64,000 nt of DNA from the human T2T-CHM13v2.0 reference genome, Homo sapiens. Each line of letters starts with the position of its first letter. Position 1 is the stretch's first letter. Positions 52,877 through 64,000 of this stretch are shown here, piece by piece. The notes under the pieces were generated by a model. The model was not told the DNA's origin. It saw nothing but the letters and a program-made list of their open reading frames with translations, and did not search any database. The stretch lies in assembly GCF_009914755.1 (NCBI RefSeq), contig NC_060931.1, one strand, 5' to 3'. The translations under genes and the position numbers were made by a program.

Positions 52877-53072
52877 ATTTCATAAAGCTGTATTTCATAA
52901 AGCTGGACAGAATGTCCCCTGAGATCCTATGAGTGCTAATTTGATTGGTTTTCTTTCTCTGTGTTTCTGATATCTCATTGCCAAAAAAATATCTCCACAC
53001 AAGTCTTTATCTTGGGCTGTGTTTTCAGACTATGATTCTTGGAATGTAATAATTTCATTCAGATTAACAATA

Positions 53073-54659
53073 GAGCAGTTCTCAAGATTTTGGTTTTAGG
53101 ATCCTTTAAAATCCTTTTTTGAGGATCAGCCTATACAATATATACAATATAGCATACAATTTTAATAATTTTATTCAGATATACAGTACAACAGTTTTCA
53201 ATATTTTGGTTTTAAGACCCTTAAATATTTTTTTGAGGATCCTTTTATGAGGACTTTGGTCCTCATGATTATACTTTAAGAGTATGATCTTTAAAACTAA
53301 TGACCCCAAAGAGCTTCTTAATGTGAGCTATATTTATTGATATTTACAACACCAAAAATGAAAATTTGAAATTTTTGCATTCATTTATAAATTCATTTAA
53401 ATATATTAGTAAATTCATTCCATGTCAATATAAATAACGTTTTATGGAAAAGAAACTACATTTTCCAGAACAAAGTAAAAAACTTATAAGAAGTGTGGCA
53501 TTGGCTTATTCTTTTGCAAATCTTTTAAATGTCTGGCTAAATAAAAGACAGCTGGCATCTCACAGTTGCTTCTGTAGTCAGTCTTTGTAAATGTTGTTTT
53601 AGTTCAAGTATCCGAAAAAAAATCCAGCCTCACAGATGAGATGTAGTTGGAAAAGGGAGGAGTGTTCAATAGCCTTTCCAGGTAATTGTGGATATTCTTT
53701 GATACAATACCAGAACTCCATAAGTGGTAGTTTATTAAAGGTTAGTTGTAATGTAAAATCTGTACTTTTATCAATGAATTTTTTGTTCTGTTATATTAAA
53801 ATACATTTGGTCTATCTTACAATTTGGATGGATCTTTTACCTGTGTGTGACTTTATAGTTCCTGTATTGGTCAATTTGGACAATACTGGTTTTCATTGAG
53901 CTATGCAGACCTTTCAAATATTGGCACATTTTATTATACAGTATAAAAAAGCACATCTGTTAAGAACTCACTGCTTGCATCATCAAAGTCTTTAATTATC
54001 AAGAAGCTGCCAAGCTCACTGTGGGGGGTACAAGTTTCCCAAAATTATAATTTTTATTTGAAAACTTCAGGTTATCATTGGCAACAAATATTGTCAGTTG
54101 TTTTTCTTGAAGTGACAAGCTCACCTCATTCACTTTCAAGAAAATGTCTGACAAATACCCAGGTCTGGGTAATTACAGTTTTTCAGTTGTTCTTTCAAGT
54201 AAAAATGACGCTTTATGAAAAAAAGTGGTTAGTTCAGTTCATGACTGAAGGAATCTCACGTATTTTTCCTGAAGACAATGTTCCTACTGGTGTGAGCAAT
54301 AGAAGTGCTTTCTGCAAACTTCCTGTGTCATCGCAGAGAATACTGAAAAGACTGACTCTCCAGGGTAGGTATAAATAAAATTAATCTTTTGCCTCATCAA
54401 GGCAAAAGGTTTTAATTCTTACGTGAATTTGGCTTTTTTTTTTTTAAATTGTGAGTGTATGGAGATGAACAGACTCCTGGTTTGCCCCATAGCCTTGATG
54501 CCCTGTCATCCACAGCTGCCTATGCACAGTCACTGCTAATGTTCACACAGTGGGGGAACCAATGACTGCTTATTATGAAAATAGTTTTAAACTCTTAGAT
54601 TCCCTCAAAAATTTAGGGGAAATACTAGAAGCCCATGAACCGTATTTTGAGAACCATTG
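53073..54659 (-). mobile_element. Charlie1-family hAT transposon (1.6 kb, antisense) with a duplicated left terminus
   Basis: AAAATCCAGCCTCACAGA..AGTTGGAAAAGGGAGGAGT..AATAGCCTTT is the reverse complement of the same transposase C-terminus as 23700-23780; right end TTTGAGAACCATTG. Confidence 0.92.
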
Positions 54660-54665
54660 ATCTAA

Positions 54666-55208
<543 letters not shown>

Positions 55209-55881
55209 CCCTTCCTGGATTAACTATCTCACTGAGGGCAAAAAAAAAACTCCTTTGTTTTCTCCTAATGCCCGTCATCAGGCTCCTGTGTATACTCCAA
55301 ATACTTTTGCTTCCTTCCCTTGAAATCTCTGCTACGTAGTTGATTTCCCTTTGCTTGAAAACTCCTGTCCTCCTTCCAGGTCCCAACCTTGATGGCTTCT
55401 TTGCCATCCCAAGCCTGATGAGACCCTCCAGTGTCCTCAGGGCTGGGGCTGCGGCACCTTTCCCAGTGGCTTGTGATTTCATGTTTAATTATCTATTTTC
55501 TTCACACTCTGTAAGTTTACTAAGGCAGTTCCTTGGCTCACTGTTGTATTCTCACTGCCTGTCAGAATGCCTGGCACACAGGAAAATCCTGCTTCTTCCA
55601 CTTCTCCCTAGATGAGGAATTTGGTACTGGAGGCTGGGTGGGGAGCAGGAAAGCTATATGCATCACTCAGATTCCACAATTTCCAACATATTTTTATTAC
55701 CAAATCAGTAATCAGTGCTAATTGTAAATAAACAATAGATATGTACATTACATATATATGATAGTCACATGTAGATTTTAAATAATGCAATCATGATTGC
55801 ATAGTTGCGGTTTTTATGTCATGCCTAAAAGGACTCTTAGCTACCAACAGTACAAAACATTCTCTTTTGTTTTCTTCCCAG

Positions 55882-55911
55882 ACAAGGCCGTTAAGGTTTT
55901 ACAACTCGCTG
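55882..55911 (+). other. Candidate 30-nt microexon (unverified)
   Basis: Acceptor TTCTCTTTTGTTTTCTTCCCAG| and donor CTG|GTAAGC, in non-repetitive DNA. Confidence 0.35.
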
Positions 55912-57714
55912 GTAAGCCAAGATGTCTGTCTTCCCTTGTTCTTATGTGATGTTTCCTGCAATGACCAAGCCAAACACAGTCCTCCAGCTTTGTCATAAAC
56001 ACATGCAATGACTTGGAAAAATCAGGCGCATTCTCCTGTCAGGATTGCTCCTAATTATTTTTGGTTTGGAACATGGAAAAATGTTTTTGGTGGAAATTTG
56101 AGAGGAAAAAGTCACACAAATAGGTTTTTAAACAACCTGAAAACTTCATGTCTCTCTATCAGAAATCAGGCAGATGAATGTGAGTTAAATCAAGATAAAT
56201 TTTGAATTTGTAAGCTTAATTTTTCAATAATTTATTCTAGAGATTATTAAGAAAAAAGGCTTCATTAATGTTTTTATTTTTACTTTCCTCCCTTGAGTTC
56301 TGAAATTCCTTGCATTCTCAATAGCTGGAAATAGTAATTTTCACCACTGTCATCATAATTAAACATAATGTGATAATGGTTAAGATTATGAATCACTGTC
56401 TTAATGAATGGTTATTATATTGCTCATTATTATGGCGGTTGCTATGATTATTATTTTGGGATTATAGACCATCCAGAAATGGCAAGTTCTTTCCTAAGAT
56501 AATTACTATAAATAATGACAAGGATGCCAATAATAATATAACAACAGATTTCTTACTTTTTGGGCACATAAAATTAACTTAGAGGTGAGACTCCCTAAAA
56601 GCTCACCCAGTATTTTTTGCATAGAGGGCAAGGTAGGAAATGATGAGTAAGAGTGTGATGTTTCTCACTACCTAAAACTTCTGTATACCAAAAGAGTAGA
56701 AAGTTTTATAAATGTAACTGAATTTATCAAATGTCTACTTATGAACTATTCTCTGTGATAAGTGATGTGGGTCAGAACTGTTAGATTTTTAATTTCTGGT
56801 ATTATAGTGATATGAGTAAAATACAAAAACAAATAAACAAATAAAAACGACCAACCAAAACCTGAAAAAGAGTACAGAGTATTACTGGTGGCGTGGGGTG
56901 CACAGTATAAACTCCAGTGAGAAAGTATCAGATTACATCTAGAAAACAAGATTATTTAGTCCAATACTCCCACCCTCCCTTACACTCCTGGGAAATTATG
57001 CATTTTCTCCATAACCCATGTGGTATAATATAGACTATTACATTTTAATTTACTTGAGCAATGGGTAACAGTGAATAATTCCCTTAAAAATTCTGTCCAA
57101 GAGTTTGAATATATGCCCACTTTTCACAATTTTAGATAAGAAGAATGCTATTATAGTAGTGATAGTAATAATAATAATGGACTTATAAAAAGATGCTGAG
57201 AAAACACACATACTTTATTGAAAATCTAGCTGAGCTCCCGTTTCAAACTCAATATATTGTAATGCCTAATATTACAGATATGATATCAATTCTTATTTAG
57301 ATTTTCATAGAAAATGAAAAAAGAAACACTGGAAAAAGATGGACAGTGCCCCAATATGATATTTGACATTTAAAACCATCAAATAAAGTATAATGAGCAC
57401 TTAAAAAGAATGGATGGTGTTAGAAAACCCTGAGTTTTTAAGATAAGCCAAGTGAAATAAAGGTGTTACCCATGAAAAAATGCTAGTTTATAACAGCATT
57501 GTATTTTGCAGTTTACACTATCTCATTGGAGACCCTCTCATTCGTGGATGGCAGATACTATGCTCTACAGTTTGCGAATTTGGGAACTGAGACCCGGTCC
57601 TACCACAGGACTAAATGAGAACGAAAGCATCAGCCTGCTGCCCTTTGGCCTACTGTTCCTTCCAGCATCTTAAGCTAGTCTGGTAGACAATCACCTTGTT
57701 CCCCAAGAGTAACT

Positions 57715-57940
57715 GACACATAGAGAGCATTTATATGTGCTAGCCACTGTTCTAATTTCTTTACTTATATCCACTCTTTAAAATCTCACAACAACTACCA
57801 AAGGCACATATTATTATATTATTCTCTTTTGCATATGAGAAAACGTAGGTCTCCAGAGTTTAAGTAACCAAAGTCACATGACTGGTAATTGGTGGAGCCA
57901 GGATTTAAAGCCAGGATTTTAGCACTAGAGCTCTGTTAAC
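57715..57940 (-). mobile_element. MIR SINE
   Basis: GAGCATTTATATGTGCTAG.CACTGTTCTAA..TCTCACAACAAC..ATGAGAAAAC..TAAGTAAC.AAAGTCACA..GTGGAGCCAGGATTTAAA. Confidence 0.88.
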
Positions 57941-57949
57941 GCTACTGAT

Positions 57950-58015
57950 GAATTCTCAATACCTGGCACAATATCCAGCACATAGCAGGCACTCAATAAA
58001 TATTTAATGAATAAA
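57950..58015 (+). mobile_element. L2 extreme 3' end
   Basis: CCTGGCACAATATCCAGCACATAGCAGGCACTCAATAAATATTT..TGAATAAA. Confidence 0.8.
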
Positions 58016-58134
58016 TTAACAAGTGAGAGAAATCACTTGATGAAGGTGTTTATTGTTAACAGCATAATTTAAGGGCCCATGCAGTCTATGTCTGATTATC
58101 TCACGTTATTTTGTGTTTTGTTGATTGATTTAGT

Positions 58135-58720
58135 CTTTTATTCATCCAACAGATATTTATTAAACATTTCCCATATGTTAGGAACTGTGCTAGGGACTGA
58201 GAACATAGAAGTAAACAAAAACAATGTGGTTCCCCTTTTCATGGATTATATAGATAGGCTAATGGGAGCAAAAAATCCTAACTACTCAAACATATATTTA
58301 GGTGCAATTTCTGAGAAGTTTAATAAAGAAAAACCATAAGAGGAAAATTGGCATGCAATGGATGAGTGCAGGGGGCAGTCAAGGGAGGATTGTGGGAGCT
58401 GACATTTCGTGTGACATCTAATGGAAAGTTGGCAAGGCAAACAGGGTGAGGACGTCACAGGTACAGAACACAGCAACTGAGAAGGTTCTTAAATAGGGTG
58501 TGGGGAGGGATCTGATATTTTCAGAACTTTTTAAAAAGCCAGTGTGACCTGAACTAGGGAACAGGGTAGATGGTGGCCCTAAAGGAGTCTGACTCTGTGA
58601 TCCATAGACAGACAGACACATAGAACCCCAAAGAATGCAAAATGTGTCTGAAATGAAAGAGGAAGAAGGTTTTATGTTATGGGGAGTTATGTAATCCAAC
58701 GTGTATTTGAAAACATGGCT
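58135..58720 (-). mobile_element. L2 3' region, antisense
   Basis: ATTCATCCAACAGATATTTATTAAACA..TATGTTAGGAACTGTGCTAGG, GCCAGTGTGACCTGAAC, GAAGGTTTTA. Confidence 0.8.
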
Positions 58721-60125
58721 TTTCTTAGTTAGCTACAAAGATTATGAACCAAACTCCCGGCCTCGGTGTTGATAAATCTGTGAGCACCACTTCTAGAGAC
58801 ACAGTTCCAGTAGTTAAATGTTCCTTGGTGATATTACATTGGCCCATTTTTATTAACCCAGATGATTAATGTTTCTGAGGACAAGGGCTAACTTTTGTAA
58901 CTACTTTCAGATCCCTTCAGCCTCTGATAGTGGAGTTGAAAACATAAAATATGTCTTCACTTAATGTTCATAAATTTTAATCCATTATGACATATTAAAA
59001 ATGCACATCCCCTCCCCCTGCCATACATACACAAGGGAGATTGAGGTTCTTGGTCACATTTCTAGAAGATTCTCTAGAGGGCTCACACACAAGCAGTGTG
59101 GGCACAGGACTGGCAGTTTATGATCCAGCCCAAATCTGCCCTAGTGAAATTCCCACCCCTGTTTTATAGACTCGACTTTACTCCATGTTAAGATAAGCAT
59201 CTGAAAAGAATGACAACACTGTACTGGGCTGAGGCTCAAGTTATCACTGGTTGTAATTCTAGCCTGGGCCATAAAGCTTTCAAGAATGAGGCTCTCTCCT
59301 GACAGAAGCACCTGTTTGAAAGTTCATTAGGCACAATGCTTTTACCTGGGAATTTCCTTTTTGTTGAAAAAAGAACTCCCTATTACAATTTGGAACTTGC
59401 AAAAACTATTCTAGCAAAGACAATAAAGAGTGATCCAATTAATAAAGACTTCCAATTAACCGAGATATTTTTCTCTACTTCATTGTTAAGGAGAAAGAAG
59501 CAAATTATACATCCCAGACTCAAAGCACAGCCATCTCTGCGTTTCCAATACTCTGTAAGGAGAACTGATGTTTAGACTGACAAAAATAAGGCACGTAAAG
59601 GACAATTTTTTGGTGAATATCAGATGTTAATCCTTGGTACACTGTACTGTGAACTAATGCATTTTAGGCAGATTCTTAACAAGGATAAAAGTAAAAGGAT
59701 TTGCCATTTAAGCCTGAATTTACCAGTAAATTCAATTATCTGGAAGGAATATCCTTCTCTCAAGCACTTTGATTAATTGATGGTGCGCCGCACATTCATT
59801 AGATTCTGGTGCATGTACATTAAATATGAAATCATAATCATGTAGCATTTATTGAATCCTCTAGAAAAGGCAAATTATCACATGGAGCCAAACTAAAGGG
59901 GGCTACATATTCAGAAAGAACAGTTTCTTCAAAATGGGCATGACAAACTAAAGTTTCATCACCACAGTTTTTCTATCTAATGTTTAATACACACGAATGT
60001 TATATATTTTTTAATTAAACCATAGCATGAACAGAAGTTATTTGTAAATAATCTCTAAAATTCCAACATGATTTAATAACAGATTTTGTGTAGATCTAAA
60101 AGAAAAAAAAAAGGCCCAGAATACA

Positions 60126-60156
60126 TTTTGTAAATAGGTCGGACCTATTTACAAAA
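60126..60156. repeat. Palindrome with perfect 15-bp arms and a 1-nt spacer
   Basis: TTTTGTAAATAGGTC-G-GACCTATTTACAAAA. Confidence 0.97.
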
Positions 60157-60493
60157 GGAGTTTATTTTTGATTCTAGGTACCAAGAGTTTAGCTGTGCAC
60201 TTAGACCATACACATTTCAGCAAACACCATTTATTTTGTAAAAGCATACATTCAGGAAATTTAAAAATATCTGAAACCTAGGAAATGTGGAAAAAGTAAT
60301 CTAACAACTGGAAGAAATACACAGGAAAAAACACATTTTCACCCAGTTGTTACTACTGGCAGGACAATTCTGCAATGTTTGCACTAGGTATGACCAGCAG
60401 AAAAAGGCTTCACTTATCCACTCTGCCAGTCACCAGTGCTTAGAGGTTCTATTCTTCACTGGGATGATTCAATAGGTTAAATAGGTGGACTCC

Positions 60494-60535
60494 AAAACAA
60501 ACAAGCAAGCAAGCAAGCAAACAAACAAACAAACA
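60494..60535. repeat. (AAAC)n/(AAGC)n compound tetranucleotide repeat
   Basis: AAACAAACAAGCAAGCAAGCAAGCAAACAAACAAACAAAC. Confidence 0.9.
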
Positions 60536-60669
60536 ACTACTGTTATTACCAAACAAATGTTTCCCTGCGGCTTTGCAGAAACTTCATGTTGTGTTTGGCA
60601 AAGAAACCTGGTGCCCCTGAAATTCCTGTGGTGTGATCGCTCTGGTTCCCAAGTGGGATGTAGTTCTTA

Positions 60670-60822
60670 GTTTTTATTTTTTTCCAACTTTTATTTTAGT
60701 TTTAGGTGGTATATATGCACGTTTCCTACATGGGTAAATTGGCCGTCACAGGGGTTTGATGTACAGATTGCTTTGTCACCCAAAGTGATAAGCATAGTAC
60801 CCAACAGGTAGTTTTTTTTCAC
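60670..60822 (-). mobile_element. L1PA15/16-like 3' terminus
   Basis: TTCCAACTTTTATTTTAG..TACATGGGTAAATTG..GGGGTTTG.TGTACAGATT..ATAAGCATAGTACCCAACAGGTAGTTTT. Confidence 0.85.
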
Positions 60823-60907
60823 TTTAAAATTTAAAAAAAAATTTTTTTATATTTCAATAGGTTTTTGGGGAACAGGTGGTGTTTGCTTACATGAATATGT
60901 TCTTTAG

Positions 60908-61215
<308 letters not shown>

Positions 61216-61515
61216 CCCTTCAGTGGTTATTTCTGAAATTTCAGTGCACCCATCACCCGAGCAGTGTACACTGTACCCAATATATAGTCTTTTATACCTC
61301 ACTACACCCACCATTTCACCTGAGTCCCCAAAGTCCAATGTATCATTCTTATGCCTTTGTGTCCTCATAGCTTAGCTGCCACATGTGAGTGAGAACGTAT
61401 GATGTTTGGTTTTCCATTCCTGAGTTACTTCACTTAGAATAATGGTCTCCAATTCCATCCAGGTTGCTGCAAATGCCATTATTTTGTTCCTCTTTGTGGC
61501 TGAGAAGTATTCCAT

Positions 61516-61516
<1 letters not shown>

Positions 61517-61566
<50 letters not shown>

Positions 61567-61590
61567 TGGATATAAATATATATATATAAT
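61517..61590. repeat. (TG)n(TA)n microsatellite
   Basis: About 21 perfect TG units, then further TG and TA units. Confidence 0.96.
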
Positions 61591-61781
61591 GATTATATGA
61601 TTTGCATTTCCCTGATAATTAGTGATGTTGATCATTTTTCCGTATGCTTGTTTGCCATGTATATATGTTCTTCTGATAATTGTCTATTCATGTTCTTAGC
61701 CCACTTTTTGATGGGATTGTTTGTTTTCTTCTTGTTGATTTGTTTGAGTTCTTTGTAGATTCTGGATATTAGTCCTTTGTC

Positions 61782-61808
61782 AGAGAGAGAGAGAGAGAGA
61801 TAGCTCTC

Positions 61809-61849
<41 letters not shown>

Positions 61850-61932
61850 CCACACACACACATATATATACACACACACATATTACAGACACACACACAT
61901 ATATACACACACACACACACATATATATATAT
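61782..61932. repeat. (GA)n plus compound (CA)n/(TA)n microsatellite
   Basis: GA run 61782-61800 followed by interrupted CA/TA runs. Confidence 0.95.
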
Positions 61933-63310
61933 CACATTTTCTTTATCCAATCGTTGATTGATGGGCATTTGGGCTGGTTCCTCAGTTTTGCAATTGCAAA
62001 TTGTGCTATTATAAACATGTGTGTGCAAGTATTTTTTTTGTATAATGACTTCTTTTCCTCTGGGTAGATACTTAGTAGTGGGATTGTTAGATCAAATGGT
62101 AGATCTACTTTTAGTTCTTTAAGGAACCTCTACACTGTTTTCCATAGTGGTTGTACTAGTTTATGCTCCCACCATCGGTGCAAAAGTGTCCCCTTTTCAC
62201 TGCATCCATGCCGACATCTACTATTTTTTGATTTTTTTGATTATGGCCCTTCTTGCAGGAATGAGATGGTATCGCCTTGTGGTTTTGATTTGCATTTCCC
62301 TGATAATTAGTGATGTTGATCATTCTTCCGTATGCTCGTTGGCCATGTGTATATGTTCTTCTGATAATTGTGTATTCATGTCCTTAGCCCACTTTTTGAT
62401 GGGATTGTTTGTTTTCTTCTTGCTGATTTGTTTGAGTTCTTTGTAGATTCTGGGTATTAGTCCTTTGTCAGATATACAGATTGTGAAGATCTTCTCCCAC
62501 TCCATGGGTTGTCTTTTACTTCTGTTAATTATTTCTTTTGCTGTGCAGAAGCTTTTTAGTTTAATTAAGTCCCATCTATTTATCTTTGTTTTTGTTGCAT
62601 TTGCTTTTGGGTTCTTGGTCACAAAGTCTGCATAAGCCAATTTCTAGAAGGGTTTTTCCGATGTTATCTTCTATAATCTTTATGGCTTCAGGTCTTAGAT
62701 TTAAGTCTTTGATTCATCTTGAGTTGATTCTTGTATAAGGTGAGAGATGAGGATCCAGTTTTATTCTTCTACTTTTGGCTCGTCAATTATACTAGCACCA
62801 TTTGTTGAATAAGGTGTCCTTTCCCCACTTTATGTTTTTGCTTGCTTTGCCAAAGATCCATTGGCTGTAAGTATTTGGCTTTATTTCTGAGTTCTCTATT
62901 CTGTTCCTTTGGTCTATGTGTCTATTTTTATACCAGTACCATGCTGTTTTGGTGACTATGGCCTTACAGAATGGTTTGAAGTTAGGTAATGTGATACCTC
63001 CATATTTGTTCTTTTTGTTTAGTCTTGGTTTGGCTATGCAGGCTCTTTTTTGGTTCCATATGAATTTTAGGATTGTTTTTTTCTAGTTCCATGAATAATG
63101 ATGGTGGTATTTTGATGGGAATTTCATTGAATTTGTAGATTGCTTTGGGCAGTATAGTCATTTTACAATATTGATTCTACCCATCCATGAGCATGGGATG
63201 TGTTTCCATTTGCTTGTGTCATCTGTAATTTCTTTCAGCAGTGTTTTGTAGTTTTCTTTGTGGCAGTCTTTCACATCCTTGGTTAGGGTATATTCCTAAG
63301 TATTTTATTT

Positions 63311-63966
63311 TTATTTTTTTGCAGCTGTTGTGAAAGGGGTTGAGTTCTTGATTTGATTCTCAGCTTCTTCGCTGTTGGTGCGTAGCAGAGCTACTGATTT
63401 GTGTACATGAATTTTGTATCCTGAAACTTTGCTGGATTCATTTACCAGTTCTAGGAGCTTTTTAGATGAGTCTTTAGGGTTTTCTAGGTATATGATCATA
63501 TCATCAGTAAATAGTAACAGTTTTGACTTCCTCTTGACCAATTTTGATGCCCTTTGCCTCTTTCTCTTCTGATTGCTCTGGCTAGGACTTCCAGCACTAT
63601 GTTGAAAAGAAGTGGTGAAAGTGGGCATGTTTGTCTTGTTCTAGTTCTCAGGGGGAATGCTTTCAACTTTTCCCCGTTCCGTATAATGTTGACTGTGTGT
63701 TTGTCATAGATGGCTTTTATCACCTTGAGGTATGTCCCTTCTATGCCAATGTTGCTGAGGGTTTTAATCATAAAGCGATGCTGGATTTTGTCAAATGCTT
63801 TTTCTGTGTCTATTGAGATAATCATGTGATTTTTGTTTTTAATTCTGTTTATGTGGTGTATCACATTTATTGACTTATGTATGTTAAACCATCCCTGCAT
63901 CCCTGGTATGAAACCCACTTGATCATGGTGGATTATCTTTTTGATATGTTGTTGGATTTCTTTCAT
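63311..63966 (-). pseudogene. Frameshifted L1 ORF2 reverse-transcriptase fragment
   Basis: ORFs 63496-63966 and 63311-63628 are consecutive RT segments split by a frameshift; the canonical FADD motif reads FTDD. Confidence 0.93.
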
Positions 63967-64000
63967 TCATATTGTAACGAGGATTTTTGCATCTATTTTC

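Noticed and set aside
59715-59734. Hairpins with 9-bp arms here (TGAATTTAC-CA-GTAAATTCA) and at 54386-54408
   Set aside because: Arms of 9 bp are expected by chance in 64 kb of AT-rich DNA.

Overview
This is primate genomic DNA, human or a close ape (AluY, AluS and AluJ, THE1, MER57, L1PB/L1PA). About half of it is recognisable transposable-element debris: old L1M fragments, a 3.1 kb L1PB piece running off the right edge, about 10 Alu/FLAM copies, MaLR/ERVL/ERV1 solo LTRs, hAT and Tigger DNA transposons, MIR and L2. I found no protein-coding gene, RNA gene or CRISPR array. The ORF track is explained by Alu, L1, THE1 and Charlie sequence or by chance. The best functional candidate is a small CpG-rich, GC-box-containing promoter-like island at about 32.8-33.1 kb, with strong splice donors pointing away from it on both strands and a few candidate exons (a possible divergent lncRNA pair; this is inference). 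The clearest unusual signals are structural: a perfect 51-bp tandem duplication, a local inverted copy of part of an MLT2 LTR, a 187-bp out-of-order L1 segment copied into a microsatellite, a 31-bp near-perfect palindrome, an old twin-priming-type L1 inversion, and tandem MER5A elements reusing one target site. I see no support for a wholly new biological system. Subfamily names come from remembered consensus features, and boundaries of old repeats are approximate (tens of bp).
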